Positions 34,609 through 42,448 of a stretch of DNA of 42,448 nucleotides are shown here, one piece after another; position 1 is the first letter of the stretch; every line of letters starts with the position of its first letter. The DNA comes from Polyangiaceae bacterium (GTDB lineage: Bacteria > Myxococcota_A > Polyangia > Polyangiales > Polyangiaceae). The notes under the pieces are model-generated. The model saw nothing but the letters and a program-made list of their open reading frames with translations, made no database searches and was not told the DNA's origin. Location: assembly GCA_044222475.1 (NCBI GenBank), contig JBGANF010000062.1, forward strand, positions 1 through 42,448, read 5' to 3'. Position numbers and translations under genes: made by a program.

Positions 34609-36669
34609 GTGAGAAACCTCGACCCCGCGCGCGCGAAATGGATCCGCGTCCGCATGGGCGTGCTGTGCGCGCTCATGGGCGTCGCGCTCGGCATCGTCGT
34701 CTCGAGCGCGTACCGCGTGCAGGTCGAAGACGGACCGGTGTGGCGCGAGACCGCGGAGAAGCAGCGGCAGAAGCGCCTCCACGTCGAGCCCAAGCGCGGC
34801 ACCATCATGGATCGCAACGGGACCGAGCTCGCCGTGAGCGTCGACGTCCCCAGCGTCAGCGTCGACGTCGGCGAGATGTTGCACGGCGCCGAGACGCCGG
34901 ACGCGCAGACCGCGGTCCTCAAGGACGCGTCGGTGCGGCTCGCGCAGGTGCTCTCGCTCGACGGCAACGAGCTCTACGGGAAGCTCGCCACGAAGAAGCG
35001 CTTTCTGTGGCTCAAGCGCCGCATCAGCGGCGAAGAGGCGCAAGCGCTCCGCGATCTGGGCGACGCCAAGAAGCAGCTCCGCCCCATCCGCGGGCTCGCC
35101 ATCGAAGGCGAAGGGAAGCGCTACTACCCCGGTCGAGAGCTCCTCGGCCCGGTCCTCGGGTTCGTCGCCCCCGACGGCTTCGGGAAAGACGGGCTCGAGC
35201 TCTCGCTCGACGAGCAGCTCCGCGGTCACGCCGACGAGGTCCGCGGCCTGCGCGATCGATCCGGTCGCTTGCTCTTCGCCGAGGGCCAGGGCGACGAGCA
35301 GGCGCTCGCCGGCAGCGACGTGACGCTGACGATCGACCTCGGCATCCAACACGTCGTGGAGCGCGAGCTCGACGCCGCGTTCGGCACCTACGAAACGAAG
35401 GGCGGCGCCGCCGTCGTCGTCGATCCGACGACCGGCGAGATCCTCGCGCTGGCCTCGACGCCTGGCTACAACCCGAACGACTACGGCGACTCCGAGGTCG
35501 ACTCGCGGCGCGATCGCGTCGTGACCGATCGGTTCGAGCCGGGCAGCGTCATGAAGGTCTTCACCGTGGCGTCGGCGCTTGCCGCCGGAACGCTGAAGCC
35601 GACGGAGTCGATCTACTGCGAGCACGGGTCGTACCAACTTGGTAACGTCACCATCCACGACACCCACTTGAACGACTGGCTCACGCCGACCCAGATCCTG
35701 GCGAAGAGCTCGAACATCGGCGCGCTGAAGATCGCGCTCGCGCTCGGGGAGCCCGGGCTCTACTCGGGGTTTCGGCGCTTCGGCTTCGGCGAGCCGACCG
35801 GTCTCCCGCTCCCGGGTGAGGCGTCGGGCGTGCTGCGTCCGCGCGGTCGCCCGTGGTTCGACGTCGAGACGGCGAACGCATCCTACGGTCAGGGCGTGAG
35901 CGTGACGGCGGTGCAGCTCGCGATGGGCATGGCCGCGATCGCGAACGGTGGCCGGTTGCTGGAGCCGGTGTTGGTGAAGCGGATCACGTCGCCGAGCGGC
36001 GAGATCATCGCGGAGAACGGCACGAGGCTCCGCCGCGAGGCCGTACCGGCGTCGGTCGCGCACCTCGTCGCCGAGATGCTGACCGCCGTCACCGAAGAGG
36101 GCGGTACGGGAACCGAGGCGGCGGTCGCCGGCTTCCGTGTCGCCGGCAAGACGGCGACCGCGCAGAAGGCCGACCCCGCGACTGGCAAGTACTCGCCCGA
36201 CAAGTTCACCGCGTCGTTCGTGGGCTTCCTGCCAGCGGACAAGCCGCGCCTCGTCATCGCGATCGTCCTCGACGAGCCGGTGATCGGTCACTACGGCGGC
36301 GATCTCGCGGGGCCCGTGTTTCGCCGCGTCGCCGAGGCGAGCCTGCGCTACCTGGGCGTCACCCCGAGCGGCTCCGGCAAGCTCGCGAGCGTGAGCCGCG
36401 ACGGCGATCTCGCCGACACCGTAGTGAAGCCGATCGCCACGTCGACGATGGCTCCGATGCCGCCGCCGACGGCTCCGAACGCGAACGCCATCACCGTCGC
36501 GGTGCCCGACGTCACCGGCATGGCCGCGCGGGACGCGGTGAAGGCGATGCTCGCGGCGGGGCTCGTGCCTCAGGTCGAGGGTTCGGGTCGCGCGGCGCGA
36601 ATTTCGCCGGGAGCGGGGGCCGTCGTTCCGAAAGGGAGCACGGTGAGGGTAACCTTCGGACCGACATGA
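34609..36669 (+). CDS. ftsI: class B penicillin-binding protein (FtsI/PBP3) with C-terminal PASTA domain
   Basis: RGTIMDRNG, KRYYP, G..GLE, EPGSVMK (SxxK), KSSN (SxN), GKTAT; VPDVTGM PASTA. Confidence 0.93.
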   Translation: MRNLDPARAKWIRVRMGVLCALMGVALGIVVSSAYRVQVEDGPVWRETAEKQRQKRLHVEPKRGTIMDRNGTELAVSVDVPSVSVDVGEMLHGAETPDAQTAVLKDASVRLAQVLSLDGNELYGKLATKKRFLWLKRRISGEEAQALRDLGDAKKQLRPIRGLAIEGEGKRYYPGRELLGPVLGFVAPDGFGKDGLELSLDEQLRGHADEVRGLRDRSGRLLFAEGQGDEQALAGSDVTLTIDLGIQHVVERELDAAFGTYETKGGAAVVVDPTTGEILALASTPGYNPNDYGDSEVDSRRDRVVTDRFEPGSVMKVFTVASALAAGTLKPTESIYCEHGSYQLGNVTIHDTHLNDWLTPTQILAKSSNIGALKIALALGEPGLYSGFRRFGFGEPTGLPLPGEASGVLRPRGRPWFDVETANASYGQGVSVTAVQLAMGMAAIANGGRLLEPVLVKRITSPSGEIIAENGTRLRREAVPASVAHLVAEMLTAVTEEGGTGTEAAVAGFRVAGKTATAQKADPATGKYSPDKFTASFVGFLPADKPRLVIAIVLDEPVIGHYGGDLAGPVFRRVAEASLRYLGVTPSGSGKLASVSRDGDLADTVVKPIATSTMAPMPPPTAPNANAITVAVPDVTGMAARDAVKAMLAAGLVPQVEGSGRAARISPGAGAVVPKGSTVRVTFGPT

Positions 36670-38119
36670 TGGATGTTCGGCCGACGCACGGGATGCGCCT
36701 CGACGAGCTCGCCCGCGAGCTGCCCGAAGGGACGCGCATCGCCGGTGATGCCTCGGTGCGCGTGTTCGGGGTACGTCACGACTCGCGCAAGGTAGTCGCG
36801 GGCGATCTCTTCGCCGTGCGACGAGGGAAGACCGTCGACGGAGCGAAGTTCGTCGACGACGCCAAGCGCGCCGGCGCGGTGGCGGTGCTCGCGGAGGAGG
36901 GGGCAGCGGTCGCCGAGCACGGGCTCCCGACGATCTACGTCCCGGACGCTGCTCGAGGCCTCGCGCTCGCGGCTGCCGCCGTCTACGAGCACCCGTCGTT
37001 CGGCCTCGAGGTCGTCGGCATCACTGGCACCAACGGGAAGACGACGACGACGCACCTCGTTCGCGCCGCGATCGACGGCGCGCTCGGCGGAGCGCGCTGC
37101 GGCCTGGTGGGGACGCTCGGCTACCGGTTTCGCGATCTCGCCATCGAGGCGACCCACACGACGCCCGAGGCGGACGACCTCGCCCGCGCGATGCTCGTCA
37201 TGCGCCGCGCCGGCGCGACCCACGTCGCCATGGAGGTCTCGTCGATCGCGCTGTCGCTCGATCGGGTCCACGCGGTGCGGTTCTTCGTTGCGGCGTACAC
37301 GAACCTGACCCAGGATCACCTCGACTTTCACGGAACCATGGATGCCTACGGCGAAGCGAAGGCGAAGCTCTTTCTCGGGTCCGGCCCCGGGACGTCGGTG
37401 ATCTGCGTCGATGGCGAGTTCGGTCGCACCCTCGCGGACCGCGTCGAAGCCTCGAGCGTGCGCCTCCACTCGACGCACGACCTGGCGGCCGCGCGCGGCG
37501 TGATTCGGGTGAGCGCGCAGCTGGGCGCCGACGCCGATTTCGCGCCGACGAAGCTCGCGCTCTCGGCCCGCGGCATCGAGGCGACGGTGAAGACGCCCAG
37601 GCGCTCGCGAACGAGAAGGGCGCTCCGGGGCGCCTGGAGCGGTGCGACGGGCCCGGTGACGACGTCGTCGTCCTCGTCGATTACGCCCACACGCCGGACG
37701 CGCTGGCCCGCGCGCTCGACGCACTGCGCGCCGTGTCCACGGGTCGCCTGATCTGCGTCTTCGGCTGCGGTGGCGATCGGGACCCCTCGAAGCGTGGACC
37801 GATGGGCCGCGCCGCGGCCGAGCGCGCGGACTTCGTCTGGATCACGAGCGACAACCCCCGCAGCGAGGACCCGTCGGCGATCGCCGCGCCCATCATCGAG
37901 GCGGTCGTCGGTACCAAAAAGGGACAGCACGCCGTCGAGCTCGATCGTGGGCGCGCCATCGCGCGCGCCCTCGCCGAGGCACTCCCCGGCGACACCATCC
38001 TCATCGCCGGCAAGGGCCACGAGGACTACCAGATCGTCGGTGCGGAGAAGCGCCACTTCGACGACCGCGAGGAAGCGCGCAGCGCGCTTGCTCGGCGCAA
38101 CACGCGGCGAGGAGTCTGA
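36666..38119 (+). pseudogene. murE: MurE ligase, interrupted in this sequence by a frameshifting deletion at 37598/37599 (possibly an artefact)
   Basis: DSRKV..GDLF, GITGTNGKTT, HTTPE, MEVSS, TNLTQDHLDFH in one frame; PGRLE, VDYAHTPD, VFGCGGDRD, TSDNPR, IAGKGHEDYQ in another. Confidence 0.9.
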
Positions 38120-38120
38120 A

Positions 38121-39617
38121 GTGGCGACACCCATCCCCGACAACGAAGCGATGCTCACCGCATGGGAAGTAGCGGCCGTCGCGAACGGCGTGGTGCGCGC
38201 AGTCGCCGGTGAAGGACGGGTCGCGCGCGGCGTCACGACCGACTCTCGCGCGGTGCGGCCCGGAGGAGCGTTCTTCGCGTTGCGCGGCGAGATCCACGAC
38301 GGCCACGAGTACGTGAACCACGCGGCCCAGAAGGGCGCGGTGCTCGTCGTGGTCGAGCGAGGCAGCGGCGCACTTCCGCCGAACGTGGACGTGGTCGAGG
38401 TCTCCGACACGCTCGCCGCCTGGGGCGCGGTCGCGCGCGCTCACCTCGAGCGCTGGCGGCGCACGCGCGCCACCACCGATCTGGCGCGGACACTGTGCAT
38501 CACCGGAAGCGCCGGCAAGACCACGACCAAGGAGCTCACGGCGGCGCTGCTCGCCGAGGTCGACGCGACGATCTCGACGCCCGGCAACCTGAACAACCGG
38601 ATCGGGCTCCCCGCCGTGGCGCTCGCGGTGACGCCGGCCCACCGCTTCGCCGTGCTGGAGCTCGGGATGAGCCTCCCCGGCGAGATCTCCGCGCTCTCCG
38701 CCATCGCCGAGCCGGACGTGGGGCTCATCACGAACGTCGGCCTCGCTCACGCCGAGGGGGTCGGCGGGACGCGCTCGCACGTCGGTCGTGAAAAAGGGGC
38801 TCTGCTCGTGGCGCTGCGCCGCGACGGCGCTGCGATCGTCAACGCCGACGACGGCGCTGCGATGGGCCAGATCGTCCGCACCGCCGCCCGCGACGTGCGC
38901 ACCTTCGGACGGGCGAGCGAAGCGACCTACAAGCTCATCGACCGCGTCGCCCTCGGGCTCGGCGGCTCGCGCCTCACGATCGAGCGCCCGTGCGCCGACT
39001 GCGCTCCGGCATCTGGCACTGCGCGCGAGGTCGTCGAGGTCCGGTTGCCGTTGGTCGGCGAGGTCGCCGCGCTCGACCTCTGCGGTGCGCTCGCTGCGAC
39101 CGAGGCGATGATCGGTCGCGCGCTCACTCCCGAGGAGCTCACGCGCGGCGTCGCTCGCGTCGAGGCGATCGATGGCCGCGCAGAGACTATCGAGCTCGCC
39201 GACGGGACGGTCCTCATCGACGACAGCTACAACGCCAACCCTGCGAGCGTGCGTGCCGCGCTGGTCACGCTCGCCGACGTCGCCGGGGCGCACCAGCGCA
39301 TGGTCTGCGTCCTCGGTGAGATGAAGGAGCTCGGCGCCAGCGCGCTCTCCGAGCACGAGGCGCTCGGCGGCGACCTCGCCGCCGCACGCATTGGGCTTCT
39401 GATCTCTTGCGGCGGTCTCGCGACGAAGCTCGCCGAGCGCGCGGCCGAGTGCGGGATCCCGGTGATGCTCGCGGCGAATTCGGCCGAGGCGGCGGTCATC
39501 GCGCAGCGCGAGGTTCGTGCGGGAGACGTCGTGCTCGTCAAAGGCTCGCGCAGTGTGGGCACCGAGGCAGTGGTTCAGGCGCTCCTCGCGAGCCGCGGTG
39601 CCAAGGTGGCTCCGTGA
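38121..39617 (+). CDS. murF: MurF ligase
   Basis: TDSR, DGH, ITGSAGKTTTKE, NLNNRIGLP, VLELGM, DDSYNANP.S, LGEMKELG, VLVKGSR. Confidence 0.95.
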   Translation: MATPIPDNEAMLTAWEVAAVANGVVRAVAGEGRVARGVTTDSRAVRPGGAFFALRGEIHDGHEYVNHAAQKGAVLVVVERGSGALPPNVDVVEVSDTLAAWGAVARAHLERWRRTRATTDLARTLCITGSAGKTTTKELTAALLAEVDATISTPGNLNNRIGLPAVALAVTPAHRFAVLELGMSLPGEISALSAIAEPDVGLITNVGLAHAEGVGGTRSHVGREKGALLVALRRDGAAIVNADDGAAMGQIVRTAARDVRTFGRASEATYKLIDRVALGLGGSRLTIERPCADCAPASGTAREVVEVRLPLVGEVAALDLCGALAATEAMIGRALTPEELTRGVARVEAIDGRAETIELADGTVLIDDSYNANPASVRAALVTLADVAGAHQRMVCVLGEMKELGASALSEHEALGGDLAAARIGLLISCGGLATKLAERAAECGIPVMLAANSAEAAVIAQREVRAGDVVLVKGSRSVGTEAVVQALLASRGAKVAP

Positions 39618-40703
39618 TCTACGAGCTCCTCTATCCGCTCCGCCGCATCGGCTGGCTGAGCTGGCTCAACGTCCTTCGCTACGTCCCGTTTCGCGTCATC
39701 GCCGCGACGGTGAGCGCGATGCTCATCTCGTTCTTCCTCGCGCCGTGGTTCATCCGCGAGCTCCAGAAGAAGCAGATCGGTCAAGTCGTCCGCACCGACG
39801 GCCCCGAGACGCACATGAAGAAGCAGGGCACGCCGACGATGGGCGGCGCGCTGATCCTTCTGTCGGTGCTGTTGCCCCGTCACCGCGGGCTACGGCGTGA
39901 TCGGCTACCTCGACGACTACCTGAAGATCAAATCGAAGACGCCGGAGGGTCTGCCGGGGCGCTTCAAGCTGCTCGGGCAGTTCCTGATCGGCGGAGGCGT
40001 GCTCGCGTACGTCTTCTACAGCAAGCACGTCCCCGACGATTGGGACCACATCAAGAACAACCTGAGCATCCCGTTCGTGGCGTTCGGGAAGCACCCCGTC
40101 CCTCTGCCTCCGTGGGCGTACTTCACGTTTGCGGTGTTCTTCGTCGTCGCGATGTCGAACGCGGTGAACCTCACGGATGGCCTCGACGGCCTCGCCATCG
40201 GCCCGGTCATGACCAACGCCGGTACCTATTTGGTATGGGCGTACCTCGCCGGAGCGACCTTCGGCATCACGGCGACGCAGCGCTTCAACGTCGCCAAATA
40301 CCTCGACATCGCTTCGCTCTCGAGCGCCGGAGAGCTCTCGATCTTCTGCGGCGCGATGGTCGGCGCGGGGATCGGCTTCCTTTGGTACAACACCTACCCC
40401 GCGCAGGTCTTCATGGGAGACGTCGGCGCGCTCGCGCTCGGTGGCGGGCTCGGGATGTGCGCGATCTTCACCAAGAACGAGCTGCTCGCCGTCATCCTCG
40501 GCGGGGTGTTCTTCCTCGAGATGTCGAGCGTGATCGTGCAGGTGCTGTCGTTCAAGATGTTCGGCAAGCGGGTCTTCTTGATGGCGCCGATCCACCACCA
40601 CTACGAGAAGAAGGGGTGGCCGGAGCCGAAGATCATCGTGCGGTTCTGGATCATCTCGTTCCTGCTCGCGCTGGTGGCGCTTTCGAGCCTGAAGCTGCGC
40701 TGA
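39614..40703 (+). pseudogene. mraY: MraY translocase, interrupted in this sequence by a frameshifting deletion at 39877/39878 (possibly an artefact)
   Basis: DGPETH.KK.GTPTMGG in one frame; IGYLDDY, NAVNLTDGLDGL, NTYPAQVFMGD, MAPIHHHYE in another. Confidence 0.9.
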
Positions 40704-40723
40704 CGTCGGCTACACTTCTCGTG

Positions 40724-41974
40724 ATGCGGGTGGCGGTCTTCCTCGTGTTGGCGACGGCCGCATGCGGGGCGGCGAGCGAGCTGACGGTTCCCGAGGACGC
40801 GGGTCAGCCGGTCCCGGTCGACGCTGGGCTCGCCTGCTCTGGTGGCACCACGAAGTGCGGTGCGCGGTGCGTCGATCTGGCCGTCGACCCGTCGAACTGC
40901 GGCGCATGCGGAAAGCTCTGCGGCGGCAGTCACGCGGTCGGGACGTGCACGGAGGGTACCTGCTCGCTGACGTGCGTCGGGTCGTTTCAGGATTGCGACA
41001 AGAACCCGGCGAACGGCTGCGAGGTCGACGTCTCGTCCGACCCGAAGAGCTGCGGCCGATGCGGTCACGATTGCCTCGGCGGTGCGTGCGTGAACAACCG
41101 GTGCCAGCCGGTCGTCTTGTCGCCGAGCGAAGGGAACGTCGCCGGGATCGCCGTCGACGCCACCCGCGTGTATTGGACGAGCTACTCGAACGGGCTCGTC
41201 CGGTCCTGTCCCAAGACGGGATGCAGCGGCGGGGCGACCACGCTCGCGTCGGGCCAGCAGGAACCGTTCGGAATCGCCGCCGACGGGACGAACGTCTACT
41301 GGACGGAGACCACCGGCAGCGCCGTTCGCAAGTGTGCCGCCGGAGGGTGCGGCGGAAACCCCTCGACGCTCGCGTCGGGCCAGCAGAACCCGTTCGGGAT
41401 CGCCACCGACGGCGTCTTCGTCTACTGGACCAACAACGCCGGCGGCGAGGTTCGGAAGTGCGCGACCGGTGGGTGCTCGGGAAACCCGACCTTGCTCGCG
41501 ACCGTCACGAACCCGGCATACGTCGTCGTCGACAAGACGGGCCTCTATTGGACGAGCGGCAACTCGGTGCGGAGGTGCTCGACGAGCTGCGCAAACGACT
41601 CCGTCCTGCTCGCCAACTCGGGTTTCGTGAACCAGGTCGCCACCGACGGGACGAACGTCTACTGGGGTGGGAGCGCGCTCTACGCGTGCGCGGTGAACGG
41701 GTGCGGCGGCTTCCCGACGATCGTGACGCCGGGGAACTTCCCCTTCGGCGTGGTGGTCGACGCCACCGACATCTACTACTCGACCCCGGGCCTCAGCAGC
41801 ATCTGGAAGTGCCCGAAGGGAGATTGCAGCGGCGGGCCCACCGTCGTGTCGGCCGCGCAGTCGAGCCCCGGCCAGCTCGCGCAGGACGCGACGGCCATCT
41901 ATTGGGGCAACTACGCGGGTGGAGCGGTCGTGAAGATCGCCAAGCGAGTCGGCGCAAACCAGCCAGTTTCTTGA
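40724..41974 (+). CDS. Cys-rich lipoprotein with beta-propeller-like repeats
   Basis: LATAAC lipobox; CVD...DP.NCG.CG..C modules; about 7 repeats of GIA.D.T.VYWT...G.VRKC..GC; 126-nt DNA-level duplication at 41241/41367. Confidence 0.85.
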   Translation: MRVAVFLVLATAACGAASELTVPEDAGQPVPVDAGLACSGGTTKCGARCVDLAVDPSNCGACGKLCGGSHAVGTCTEGTCSLTCVGSFQDCDKNPANGCEVDVSSDPKSCGRCGHDCLGGACVNNRCQPVVLSPSEGNVAGIAVDATRVYWTSYSNGLVRSCPKTGCSGGATTLASGQQEPFGIAADGTNVYWTETTGSAVRKCAAGGCGGNPSTLASGQQNPFGIATDGVFVYWTNNAGGEVRKCATGGCSGNPTLLATVTNPAYVVVDKTGLYWTSGNSVRRCSTSCANDSVLLANSGFVNQVATDGTNVYWGGSALYACAVNGCGGFPTIVTPGNFPFGVVVDATDIYYSTPGLSSIWKCPKGDCSGGPTVVSAAQSSPGQLAQDATAIYWGNYAGGAVVKIAKRVGANQPVS

Positions 41975-42007
41975 CCTTCTTCCGGGCCCGGGGTTCAACG
42001 AGGGTCC

Positions 42008-42448
42008 ATGGATCTCTCCGGGCGCCGCGTGCTGATCGTCGGGCTCGGCCACAGCGGTGTCGCTGCGGCGCGGCTCTGCGCGCGCCGTGGAGCCAAGGTC
42101 ACCGGGCTCGACGCGAAGAAGGACGTCGACCCGAGCGTCCGCGCGATCGACGGAATCACGCTCGCGCTCGGCAGCAACGAGGCCGCCGATCCGGCGAGCT
42201 TCGACCTCGTGGTCGTGTCGCCCGGCGTGCCCTCGTTCAGCGGGCTCGAAGCGGCCGAGCGCAAAGGCGTACCCATCGTCGGCGAGATCGAGCTCGCCGT
42301 CAGCTCGTTGAAGCACCCTGCGCCGATCGCCGCGATCGGCGGGACGAACGGCAAGAGCACGACCACGACGCTGGTCGGTGAGCTGCTCGCCGAGGGTTCG
42401 CGCAAGGTGTTCACCGGCGGAAACCTGGGCGAGCCGCTCGCGAGCCAC
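42008..42448 (+). CDS. murD: MurD ligase, 3'-truncated by the window edge
   Basis: MDLSGRRVLIVGLGHSG.AAA, VVVSPGVP, GEIELA, AIGGTNGKSTTT, GGNLG.P. Confidence 0.95.
   Translation, partial: MDLSGRRVLIVGLGHSGVAAARLCARRGAKVTGLDAKKDVDPSVRAIDGITLALGSNEAADPASFDLVVVSPGVPSFSGLEAAERKGVPIVGEIELAVSSLKHPAPIAAIGGTNGKSTTTTLVGELLAEGSRKVFTGGNLGEPLASH

Noticed and set aside
35853..37751. 632-aa ORF as an N-terminally extended MurE
   Set aside because: The first ~270 codons are an off-frame reading of ftsI; MurE starts at 36666
37590..39885. Programmed ribosomal frameshifting or DNA inversion to explain the murE/mraY breaks
   Set aside because: Conserved coding sequence is missing, not just shifted; no slippery heptamer and no inverted copy of the missing segments was found
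39407..41974. 855-aa ORF apparently fusing the MraY N-terminus to the Cys-rich lipoprotein
   Set aside because: The middle is out-of-frame mraY sequence; the fusion is a by-product of the mraY frameshift, and the lipoprotein has its own signal peptide and -10 box

Overview
High-GC (about 70% by eye) bacterial chromosomal DNA. Gene content points to a myxobacterium (Myxococcota, probably Polyangiaceae/Labilithrix-like): many Cys-rich lipoproteins, a Hanks-type Ser/Thr kinase and an IF3 with a long C-terminal tail. The window runs from the 3' part of smpB through about 30 accessory and metabolic genes into the start of the dcw cluster (mraZ-rsmH-ftsL-ftsI-murE-murF-mraY-[inserted lipoprotein]-murD). 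No tRNA, rRNA, CRISPR array or transposase is visible. Main observations: (1) a TANNNT -10 hexamer exactly 6 nt before the start codon of at least six genes, suggesting pervasive leaderless transcription, alongside a stand-alone, AUG-initiated infC with a poly-Asp tail; (2) a ~200-bp symmetric, nested-hairpin REP/REPIN-like element with compensatory changes; (3) two divergent units each built around a degenerate ATPase (ABC-like, and sigma-54-activator-like AAA+); (4) murE and mraY each broken by a frameshifting internal deletion, most likely assembly artefacts; (5) a Cys-rich beta-propeller lipoprotein gene inserted between mraY and murD. All calls come from motif reading only; no database searches were run.
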